Origin: a virus | Lineage: Duplodnaviria; Caudoviricetes | Strand: one strand, 5' to 3' | DNA length: 37,906 nt | IMG/VR virus record: IMGVR_UViG_3300037467_001014 | Span: 1 to 37,906 of that record | Shown: positions 7,890-15,384 of the stretch, in pieces | How positions within the stretch are numbered: position 1 is the stretch's first letter | How the letters are laid out: every line of letters starts with the position of its first letter | The notes under the pieces: model-generated | What the model was told of the DNA's origin: nothing | Databases searched by the model: none | Seen by the model: the letters and a program-made list of their open reading frames with translations, nothing else | Translations under genes and position numbers: made by a program

Positions 7890-9011
7890 GTGAACGCAGT
7901 CGATACCGAGAACGCCGAGCAGTACAGCTTTAGCCGCTTGGAGAAGTACGCCAAGTGCAGCTACAAGTATTGGCTGCACTACTTCAAGCCCGTGCCGCGC
8001 CCGTTCACCGGGAGCGTAGCCACGGAGGCGGGTACGGTCGTTCATACGGTACTCGACCGCTTCGCGGACCCTAACGGGTACAACCGTACCATTCCGACCG
8101 TGGAACTGCTCAACCACTACTGGTACGAGCGTCTGAAGGCCGAAGGCATCGAGTCGGCGTTCTACGACCTCCTGGCGCTGGCCCACGACTACAACAACCT
8201 GTTGCTGCGCGCCACGTTCGAGTACACCGGCCCCGACCGCATCCGTGACAGCAACGGCAAGGTTAGCAAGCAGTTCCGCAAGACGCCCGACTGGAACGCG
8301 GCGTACTCCCAGCTTGCCATCGACGCGCGCTCGCGGGCCATCAACGACGTGGCGGCCCGGGTGATGCTGCCCAACGAGAAAACCGGCGTGCTTGAGCCTG
8401 CCGTGTGGGCCCACGTCCAGCTTACCGAGGTGTTCGCCAAGTCCTACCGGCACTTGCAGAACTACCGGGACACGATGGGCTGGCTGACGATGTACGTCCT
8501 TGAAATGCCTATTTCCCGGGACAAGAAGCAGAACCGGGTTAACACCGTCTACTACCCGGGTACAAACATCGAGTTTACCGGCTTCATCGACGTTATCGCC
8601 CTTGACCAGAGTGGGGCCATTTACGTCATCGACCACAAGACCAACAAGGATAAGCCGGATAGCAACAAGGTTGCCCACTGGGAGCAGCTTATCATCTACG
8701 GCTGGGCGATGCACCAAATTTGGGGCGTGTACCCGAAGTATATGGGCATCAACTGGCTAGGTGACCCGGCGCAACTGGTGGTCGCGGAGTTCGACCCGGC
8801 TCTAATCCCGGGAGCCCTGCAACGGGCGATGGGACGCATCCGGGGCGTCCAGCACAACCTGTTCATCCAGCACAACCCCACGGACTACAACAACGCCTGC
8901 TACAACAAGTATTCCGAGGATAACGCGTGCGAGTACCTATCACTCTGTCACCCGAGGTTCGCCAAGGCAGTGGGCCTGTACGTTCCGACTTGGGAGGTCT
9001 CGACAGTATGA
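7890..9011 (+). CDS. PD-(D/E)XK (RecB/Cas4-like) exonuclease
   Basis: N-terminal YSFSRLEKYAKC and GTVVH. Catalytic E..GFIDVI..IDHKT, then QLIIY, and a C-terminal Cys cluster (C..CEYLSLC). GTG start with SD AGGGAG. Confidence 0.88.
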   Translation: MNAVDTENAEQYSFSRLEKYAKCSYKYWLHYFKPVPRPFTGSVATEAGTVVHTVLDRFADPNGYNRTIPTVELLNHYWYERLKAEGIESAFYDLLALAHDYNNLLLRATFEYTGPDRIRDSNGKVSKQFRKTPDWNAAYSQLAIDARSRAINDVAARVMLPNEKTGVLEPAVWAHVQLTEVFAKSYRHLQNYRDTMGWLTMYVLEMPISRDKKQNRVNTVYYPGTNIEFTGFIDVIALDQSGAIYVIDHKTNKDKPDSNKVAHWEQLIIYGWAMHQIWGVYPKYMGINWLGDPAQLVVAEFDPALIPGALQRAMGRIRGVQHNLFIQHNPTDYNNACYNKYSEDNACEYLSLCHPRFAKAVGLYVPTWEVSTV

Positions 9012-9127
9012 CCGACGAACAACTGGTCCTGGGTGCCCTACTGCTGATGTTGGTGGCCGCAGCACTAGGCCAATGGCTCCACAACAACCCTACCAAGAAG
9101 GATGGCGACAATGTACCTGGGTCTTGA
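9008..9127 (+). CDS. small predicted membrane protein (39 aa)
   Basis: ATGA overlaps the nuclease stop. MTDEQLVLGALLLMLVAAALGQWLHNN contains one hydrophobic helix. Confidence 0.55.
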   Translation: MTDEQLVLGALLLMLVAAALGQWLHNNPTKKDGDNVPGS

Positions 9128-9773
9128 CCTTTCCTTGCAGAGCGCCGGTCTGTGCCGGATGTACGACTCTACCATCTATGAAACGGCGACGGCTGGTTCC
9201 GTGGACCTTCGTGGTGCCCAACGCCTCGACCACATCATTATGGAGATTGACGCGTTCATCAAGGGTGCGGGCGAGCCCATCAAGCTTGCGGCCATCGAAG
9301 GCTACGCCCTCAAGATTCCCCGTGCGGCGGGCGGCAAGGCCCACGAGCGGGCGGAACTGGGCGGCCTGGTGCGCTGGTGGCTCTACCGGCACGGCATCCC
9401 CTTCATCGTCGTGGTCCCCACCAGCCTCAAGCGGTTCGCCACCGGCAACGGTGACAGCGACAAGATTGCGATGTGCGAGACCTCCCGGGACTCGTACGGT
9501 GCGGACTTCCTCCGGCGCAACTGGGCCGGGCACGCGGGTTCCAAGAAGAAGGACCCCGCCCCGATGCCCGCCGGGTGGGGCAGCAAGGAGACTCACTGGC
9601 GCGATGACGAGAACGACGCTTATTGGCTCGCTAACCTCGCCGCCGCTTACAACAACGACTGGGACCGCCAGTTGACCCTTCCGATGAAGGAAACCATCGA
9701 ACTCATCAAGGCCGACCCTCAAGGCACCATCACCGCCGACAACAAGCGCAGAAAGGCTGACAAGAATGTCTAA
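9102..9773 (+). CDS. ruvC: RuvC-like Holliday junction resolvase (start may be 9111)
   Basis: RNase H-fold acidic motifs YLGLDLSLQSAG, AAIEGY, AELGG, PTSLKRFATGNG..DK and DDENDAYWLA. Confidence 0.85.
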   Translation: MATMYLGLDLSLQSAGLCRMYDSTIYETATAGSVDLRGAQRLDHIIMEIDAFIKGAGEPIKLAAIEGYALKIPRAAGGKAHERAELGGLVRWWLYRHGIPFIVVVPTSLKRFATGNGDSDKIAMCETSRDSYGADFLRRNWAGHAGSKKKDPAPMPAGWGSKETHWRDDENDAYWLANLAAAYNNDWDRQLTLPMKETIELIKADPQGTITADNKRRKADKNV

Positions 9774-10875
9774 CCGTCCCATCGTCGTCCTCTACCACCA
9801 CCCCTGCTCGGACGGGATGGCTGCGGCCCTCGCCGCGTACCTGAAGCTGGGTGACAGCGCGACGTACATCGGCTGCACCTACAAGGACCGCCCCGAGATT
9901 CCCGATGGTGCCCTGGTGTACTTCGTGGACTACTCCTGGCCCAAGGCCGACCTGGAGGCGTTGGCGCAGCGTTGTCACGTTGTTGTAATCGACCACCACC
10001 ATACGGCCAAGGCCGACCTGGAGACCATCGAAAACGCTCACTGGCGCAGCCACGACAAGGAGTTCCCCGACCGTCCCGAGGGCTGGACCGGCTTGGAGGT
10101 CTACTTCGACGGCAACTACTCCGGTGCGGTACTCGCTTGGTGCTTCTTCCACTTCTCGGAGGACGTGCCCAAGATGTACGAGTTCATCCAGGACCGCGAC
10201 CTGTGGCGGTGGGAGCTACCGGGGTCCAAGGACTTCAGTTACTACCTGCGCGCCCAAGAGCTGACCTTGGAGACCTACGAAGCGGTCTGGCGCATCAGCA
10301 AGAACAAGGACGCCCTCAACCGGATGTTGGACGACGGTGCGTTGCTTCGTAACGCCGACGAGAACACCGTTCGCGCGCTGCTCAACTACGCCCACCCGTG
10401 CAAGTTGGGCTACGGTGTAATGGCCGTCAACAGCATCGTCCTTCCGTCCGAACTGGGCGAGGCGCTGTGCGACAAGTACCCCGATGCCCCGTTCGGCGCG
10501 GTGTACTACCGTACCGAGGATGGGCGCATTAAGTGGTCGCTTCGCAGCCGGGGTGACTTCGACGTGTCTGTCATTGCCAAGCAGTACGGCGGTGGCGGCC
10601 ACAAGGGGGCTGCGGGCTTCTACTCCACGCCCGCGCTGGCGGCGCAACTGCTGGGCGACGGTGGGCCGCGCTTCGAGCACTACAACAACGGCTGCACTTA
10701 CGAGAAGCTTGCCGAAGGCACGGCTAACGATGTTATCGACCACGGTGACCAGGTGGTGGTGTACCGAGCGGAGGGCACCGGCAACGTGTACGTCCGTACG
10801 GCCGACAACTTCAATGGTCCCGCCATCGCGGGCGAGTTCCCCGGTAAGCAGGTACCCCGGTTCAAGCCGCTGTAA
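9766..10875 (+). CDS. DHH/DHHA1 phosphoesterase with C-terminal DUF1653-like domain
   Basis: YHHPCSDG, FVDYS, IDHH, DRDLW, WSLRS and GGGGHKGAAG. The C-terminus reads RFEHY..YEKL..VVVYRA..VYVR..NF. Confidence 0.88.
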   Translation: MSNRPIVVLYHHPCSDGMAAALAAYLKLGDSATYIGCTYKDRPEIPDGALVYFVDYSWPKADLEALAQRCHVVVIDHHHTAKADLETIENAHWRSHDKEFPDRPEGWTGLEVYFDGNYSGAVLAWCFFHFSEDVPKMYEFIQDRDLWRWELPGSKDFSYYLRAQELTLETYEAVWRISKNKDALNRMLDDGALLRNADENTVRALLNYAHPCKLGYGVMAVNSIVLPSELGEALCDKYPDAPFGAVYYRTEDGRIKWSLRSRGDFDVSVIAKQYGGGGHKGAAGFYSTPALAAQLLGDGGPRFEHYNNGCTYEKLAEGTANDVIDHGDQVVVYRAEGTGNVYVRTADNFNGPAIAGEFPGKQVPRFKPL

Positions 10876-11390
10876 TGCTCATCCTGGCAGCGACGGGCCA
10901 TCGTCCTAACAAGCTTGGCGGGTACGGCGACACGGCCCGGTCGCTCATCTACCGTCTGGCGTCGGAGTCCTTGTTGACGCACAAGCCTGACGTTCTCGTT
11001 ACCGGTATGGCCCAAGGCTGGGATATGGAGCTTGCCCAAGCCGCAGCCGACCTCGGCATCGAATACTGGGCTTACATCCCGTTCGAAGGTCAGGAAGGAA
11101 CCTGGCCCAAGGAAACCCAGGAGCGTTATCACACGCTCCTCAAGCTTTCACACAAGGTCGTCAACTGTACCGAATCCAGCGGTTACCATCCTTACAAGAT
11201 GCAAGTCCGCAACGAACGGATGTTAGACGACGGGTCGGTCATCCTCGCCCTGTGGAACGGGGTTAGAGAATCGGGCAGTGGTACTTGGAACGCACTTAAG
11301 TACCTTGTGCCTAAAGGCGGCTATCACTTCAGCAAGCCGGTCATTAACGTCTGGGACGACTGGTTGCGTATCAAGAAAGGAATTATCTGA
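10875..11390 (+). CDS. SLOG-superfamily protein (YspA/DUF1273-like)
   Basis: ATGHRPNKLGGY, TGMAQGWD, YIPFEGQE..W, MQVRNERMLD and ALWNG..SGTWN. Confidence 0.85.
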   Translation: MLILAATGHRPNKLGGYGDTARSLIYRLASESLLTHKPDVLVTGMAQGWDMELAQAAADLGIEYWAYIPFEGQEGTWPKETQERYHTLLKLSHKVVNCTESSGYHPYKMQVRNERMLDDGSVILALWNGVRESGSGTWNALKYLVPKGGYHFSKPVINVWDDWLRIKKGII

Positions 11391-11941
11391 TGTTCGAACG
11401 GCATACCCACCGCATTAAGCTGGAGCCTGGCGCGTTGCCTCCTGTGGTGGCCCACGAAGGGGACGCTTGCGCCGACGTTCACGCTTACGCCGTGGGTTCC
11501 CGTCACAGGGATACCTACCGGGTGTTGAACGAGAACGAGCCCATCACCATCCCGCCCGGTGGGCGAATGAACGTGGGCCTGGGCGTGTCGATTGCCCTGG
11601 AGCCCGGCTGGAGGCTCCGCGTTCACGCCCGGTCGGGGTTGTCCCTGGATTACGGTATTGAGGTTGGTGCCGGGGTGGTGGACCAGACGTACCGACAGGA
11701 AATTTCCGTTCTCCTGCACAACCACGGCAACAACTACTTCACCTTCAAGCGCGGCGACCGCATCGCGCAGATTAGCATCGAGCGGTACGTCCACCCCGAC
11801 TTCGAAGTTGTTGACGACCTCGGACCTGATTCGCGTGGCGGCTACGGCAGTACCGGCGTAGGCACCCCCAAGCGCCTCATCGAGTTGGATTGGGGACCGG
11901 ACGTTCCCGACACGCCCCCGCCGCCGTTGGAGGTGAAGTAA
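11390..11941 (+). CDS. dut: trimeric dUTPase
   Basis: The five dUTPase motifs are present: DACAD, ARSGL, GVVDQTYR, GDRIAQ and RGGYGSTG. Confidence 0.95.
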   Translation: MFERHTHRIKLEPGALPPVVAHEGDACADVHAYAVGSRHRDTYRVLNENEPITIPPGGRMNVGLGVSIALEPGWRLRVHARSGLSLDYGIEVGAGVVDQTYRQEISVLLHNHGNNYFTFKRGDRIAQISIERYVHPDFEVVDDLGPDSRGGYGSTGVGTPKRLIELDWGPDVPDTPPPPLEVK

Positions 11942-11942
11942 G

Positions 11943-12641
11943 ATGGTTACCAACCACAAGGGCAACTTCCCCGAAGTTCCGGTCTTTGTTGCCTACGAAG
12001 GCATCGACGGCGCAGGTAAGACCACGCAAACGGACTTGCTTCGCAGAACGCTTGGTGCCCGGCTCATCAAGTTCCCGGTGTACTCGTCGCCTACCGGCGA
12101 GATTATCCAGGCGATGCTGCGTGGAGAAGCCACCTTATACGCGCCGCATATGCCCACGGACAAGCTGGCCCACAAGGATGCCATCACGTTGCAGGCGCTA
12201 ATGGTCACGAACCGCCTGGAAGTGGCTACGGACATCCTAGGAACGTTGTCGCGGGGCTCTCTGGTCTGCGACCGGTACAGCGCGTCGGCTATGGCCTACG
12301 GTGTGGCGGACGGCTTGGATTCGGGTTGGTTGCGCCGCATCCACGAACTACTGCCGATGCCTGACCTGTATGTGTTGTTGGACCTTCCGGCGTCGGAGTC
12401 CTTCGAACGGCGACCAGAGCGGCAAGATGCGTACGAAGCCAACTTTACCCGCATCGAGTTCGCGGCCCAGAACTACCGTAACTTGTGGACCCACGCTGAG
12501 TCTTACGGTGCCCCGCTATCGTGGCGGAAGGGGCACAGCCGGTACTTGATGCTCGATGCCCGCCTGCCGGTACAAGACCTGCACGAGCGTGTCGTGGCCG
12601 AGGTACGGAAGGTCCAGAACGAAGTTCTGATGCGGGCTTGA
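11943..12641 (+). CDS. tmk: thymidylate (dTMP) kinase
   Basis: P-loop EGIDGAGKTT, KFP, VCDRYSASAMAYG and PDLYVLLD. Confidence 0.93.
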   Translation: MVTNHKGNFPEVPVFVAYEGIDGAGKTTQTDLLRRTLGARLIKFPVYSSPTGEIIQAMLRGEATLYAPHMPTDKLAHKDAITLQALMVTNRLEVATDILGTLSRGSLVCDRYSASAMAYGVADGLDSGWLRRIHELLPMPDLYVLLDLPASESFERRPERQDAYEANFTRIEFAAQNYRNLWTHAESYGAPLSWRKGHSRYLMLDARLPVQDLHERVVAEVRKVQNEVLMRA

Positions 12642-12666
12642 ACCGCGTACCCATCTGGAGTAAAAT
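12638..12666 (+). promoter_or_regulatory. sigma70-like promoter of nrdJ
   Basis: TTGAAC, 17-nt spacer, TAAAAT. SD AGGAG precedes the ATG at 12732. Confidence 0.7.
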
Positions 12667-12731
12667 GGTTACCTGGCGAGCGTGACGACCGCTTAGCCGA
12701 TGCTGGAACTAGAAAAAGTAGGAGAATTTCA

Positions 12732-14861
12732 ATGGCAAGGAAACTCGCGCCCGGTATGGGCGAAGCGGTCGCCAAGCGTACCATCCTGCGACCGGGCGAG
12801 GACCCCACCTCGCTCAAGGATGTCGGACTGCGTGTCGCGGCCGGTAATACCGCCCTGCATCCCACGGGTGCGAACGACGCCGATAGGCTCGCCTGGCACA
12901 TCCAGAACGGGTCCATCCTGATGAGCGGGCGTAGCCTCGAACACGGGGACTCCAACCAGGTCAACCGCCAGATGGAAATGTTCACCAACTGCTCCACGGC
13001 GATGATGGCCCACATCGGCTTCTACCTGCTCCTCAACGGCAGCGGCGTGGGCTCCGACTACTCCGACGCCCTGCGCTTCATCGACTGGCGCGCGATGCCC
13101 CGGGTCAAGGTGGTGCTGCACTCCACACACGCCGACTTCGACGGGTCGTGGATGACCGCCGCCGAAGTGATGAAGGACAAGGCTTACGACCGCTGGCTCG
13201 ACGTGGGCGACTCCAAGGAAGGCTGGGCCAAGGCCGTCGAGGAGTTGGAGACCGCCGCCCACAGCGGCACCAAGCGCGACGAAGTCTGGGTCATCGACTT
13301 CTCCCTCGTCCGCGAGAAGGACGCGCCCATCAAGGGCCTCTACGGCAAGCCCGCCCCCGGCCCCGCGCCCACGATGCGTGCCTTCGTGCAGTTGGCCCAT
13401 CTGCGTGACCTGGACTGGCCGTGCTGGAAGCAAGCCCTCTACGCCGACCACTACCTGGCTTCGTCCGTCCTAGCCGGTGGTGCCCGCCGCGCCGCCCGCA
13501 TCGCCGTCAAGTATTGGAAGGACCCGGACATCTTCGAGTTCATCCGCATCAAGCAGGACGGCGACCTGTGGAGCGCCAACAACTCCGTCGCGGTGGACCA
13601 AGAGTTCTGGGACCTGGTCAACGCGGGCGACGAGTACGCCAACGGCATCGCCCGTGCGATGACCGACGCTAGCTACCGGGGTAACCCGACCAACGGCGAG
13701 TACGCGGGTGAGCCCGGCTGGCTCAACGTCCACAAGCTGACCACCAACAAGGATGGACTGCTGGACGCGTACCTGGACGACTTCATCGGCTCCAGCTTCT
13801 ACCAGCCGAACGAAGGCAGCATCAACATCCTCAAGGAGCTTTTCGGCCGCATCCTGCTCCACGCGTACCAGTTCATCGTCAACCCCTGCGGCGAGGTCAG
13901 CCTGTTCATTATGGGCGGCTACTGCGTGGTCGGCGACGTTGTGGGCGCGTTCTGCGAGAACCCCGGCCAATTCTTCGAAGCCCTGGAGTTGACCACCCGG
14001 GCGCTGATGCGGGTCAACCTGATGCCCGCGATGTACCACGCGGAGGTCAACCGCACCAACCGCATCGGCGTCAGCCAACTCGGGATGTTCGAGCTGGCCT
14101 GGAAGTGGTTTGGCTTCACCATCTACGACCTGTTGGACGAGGAAAAGTCGTTCCCGTTCTGGCAACTGATGTCGCAGGGCGCGATGGTGGTGGACCAAGC
14201 CGCTGTTGCCTACGCCCAGGAGATTGGCCGGGTTGCGCCGCACACCCGCCGCTGCATCAAGCCGGGCGGCACCACCGGTAAGCTGTTCCTGGTGACGGAA
14301 GGCGCGCACCTCCCGGCCTACTGGGCTATGCTCCGCTGGGTGCAGCACCGCAACGACGCTCCCGAGGTCCAAGACCTGTTCTCCCGTGGTTACCCCATCC
14401 AGACCTTGTCGTCGTACCCGGATACGACCATCGTGGGCTTCCCCACGCGTCCGCTCCTGTCGGAGTTGATGGACGACAAGCTCGTCACGGCGGGGGACCT
14501 GACCATCGACCAGCACTACCAGTGGGTACGCCTGCTGGAGAAGTATTGGATTCAGGGCCAGGGCTTCGACGGCGTTACGCCGCAGGAGGAGACCGGCAAC
14601 CAGGTCTCGTACACCGCCAAGTTCCGGTACGAGGACGTGTCCTATGACGGCTTCCACAAGGCCGTTATGGCGAACCAGGAGTCGGTACGCTGTATCTCCG
14701 TGATGCCGCAGGCCGACGCCCTTGGGTTCGAGTACCAGCCGGAGGAGGCTATCACCCGGGACTACTACCTCGAACTGACCTCGTCCATCGACCAGGTGGC
14801 CGTGGAGCAGGGCTTGGACGAGGACCACTTGCAGTGTAACTCGGGGGCGTGTCCCATCTAG
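12732..14861 (+). CDS. nrdJ: class II (adenosylcobalamin-dependent) ribonucleotide reductase, monomeric RTPR-like
   Basis: FTNC, LLNGSGVG, VGDSKEGW, GGARRAA, finger-loop NPCGE, IKPGGT and C-terminal CxxGACPI. No beta subunit or activase gene is adjacent, and no ATP cone is evident. Confidence 0.9.
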   Translation: MARKLAPGMGEAVAKRTILRPGEDPTSLKDVGLRVAAGNTALHPTGANDADRLAWHIQNGSILMSGRSLEHGDSNQVNRQMEMFTNCSTAMMAHIGFYLLLNGSGVGSDYSDALRFIDWRAMPRVKVVLHSTHADFDGSWMTAAEVMKDKAYDRWLDVGDSKEGWAKAVEELETAAHSGTKRDEVWVIDFSLVREKDAPIKGLYGKPAPGPAPTMRAFVQLAHLRDLDWPCWKQALYADHYLASSVLAGGARRAARIAVKYWKDPDIFEFIRIKQDGDLWSANNSVAVDQEFWDLVNAGDEYANGIARAMTDASYRGNPTNGEYAGEPGWLNVHKLTTNKDGLLDAYLDDFIGSSFYQPNEGSINILKELFGRILLHAYQFIVNPCGEVSLFIMGGYCVVGDVVGAFCENPGQFFEALELTTRALMRVNLMPAMYHAEVNRTNRIGVSQLGMFELAWKWFGFTIYDLLDEEKSFPFWQLMSQGAMVVDQAAVAYAQEIGRVAPHTRRCIKPGGTTGKLFLVTEGAHLPAYWAMLRWVQHRNDAPEVQDLFSRGYPIQTLSSYPDTTIVGFPTRPLLSELMDDKLVTAGDLTIDQHYQWVRLLEKYWIQGQGFDGVTPQEETGNQVSYTAKFRYEDVSYDGFHKAVMANQESVRCISVMPQADALGFEYQPEEAITRDYYLELTSSIDQVAVEQGLDEDHLQCNSGACPI

Positions 14862-14901
14862 TAGGCCAGGAGCCGTTTTCCCGGTTCGGGAAAATTCTTT
14901 T

Positions 14902-14930
14902 GCCGGGGCGCTTGCGCTCCGGCTTTCTTT
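14902..14930 (+). terminator. Rho-independent terminator after nrdJ
   Basis: GCCGGGGCG-CTTG-CGCTCCGGC is followed by TTTCTTT. A second hairpin TTTTCCCG-GTT-CGGGAAAA (14876-14894) lies just upstream. Confidence 0.8.
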
Positions 14931-14940
14931 ATGGTTTACT
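14912..14940 (+). promoter_or_regulatory. candidate promoter overlapping the terminator (drives RNA1)
   Basis: TTGCGC, 17-nt spacer, TTTACT, with an extended -10 TG at 14932-14933. Confidence 0.45.
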
Positions 14941-14943
14941 TAA

Positions 14944-15210
14944 GGAGTCGGCGATGTGCTTCACACCACCCGCTGACTCCCTGGTCCACCTGACCGTTCG
15001 GCCCTCCGCTCACGCGGCCCCGCAGCAAGCAAGACGAGACTCGCCCTCTCGTCGGACGGTGTACCCGGTGCAGACACGGTTAGGGCGTATTCGTGTCCCC
15101 TTTCGAGGTGCGTCGAAGCTCCGTCTAAACAACGGCTCGTCCCCTCCCCCACGGCTCATCCCGTGGAGCTTGAACCCCCGCCTCGGCCGCTCTGCCTGGT
15201 GGGGGTTCTT
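14944..15210 (+). ncRNA. candidate structured non-coding RNA (RNA1, ~265 nt), no known family recognised
   Basis: Nearly continuous helices: 14944-53/14971-80, 14993-99/15054-60, 15006-09/15014-17, 15033-39/15047-53, 15073-78/15092-97, 15116-21/15166-71 and 15172-82/15198-208. Several G-U pairs favour the + strand. No credible ORF. Confidence 0.5.
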
Positions 15211-15238
15211 GACATGTGTACCCGGTTCGTGCTACGGT
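15209..15238 (+). promoter_or_regulatory. sigma70-like promoter (drives RNA2)
   Basis: Perfect TTGACA (15209-15214), 18-nt spacer, TGc-TACGGT. The geometry matches the promoter at 301-330. Confidence 0.55.
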
Positions 15239-15244
15239 TGCCTG

Positions 15245-15314
15245 GTCTGGTTGCGCTCGTCACGAAACCATCGCCCATCCTGGGAAGCCTCCTGCCCCGT
15301 GCAGGGGGCTTTCT
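15245..15314 (+). ncRNA. candidate small RNA (RNA2, ~70 nt) ending in a terminator-like hairpin
   Basis: Hairpin TGGTT..AACCA (15248-15270), then GGGAAGCCTCCTGC-CCCGT-GCAGGGGGCTTTCT (15282-15314) with G-U pairs on the + strand. Confidence 0.4.
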
Positions 15315-15348
15315 GGTGCCTGGGGGCCCTGGGCTACCTGGAGGCAGC

Positions 15349-15384
15349 GAGAAGCCCCCTGGCGGCTCTGCCAAGGGGCTTCTC
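15349..15384 (-). terminator. long hairpin, probable terminator of the minus-strand late/lysis transcript
   Basis: GAGAAGCCCCTTGGC-AGAGCC-GCCAGGGGGCTTCTC on the - strand (15 bp with one U-G). No clear U-tract. Confidence 0.5.

Noticed and set aside
7890-9773. Cas4-like and RuvC-like genes as part of a CRISPR or RNA-guided system
   Set aside because: No repeat-spacer array, cas1 or TnpB/IscB architecture. Both are ordinary phage recombination nucleases in a replication operon.
15128-15165. GAGCCG motifs on the - strand resembling group II intron domain V
   Set aside because: The helix is too short, with no 34-nt D5 geometry, no D6 and no RT/maturase gene.
14944-15314. tmRNA, RNase P, tRNA or 6S identity for the structured region
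   Set aside because: No acceptor stem with T-arm and CCA end, no tag reading frame, no GAGGAAAGUCC-type RNase P core, and no single long 6S-like rod.
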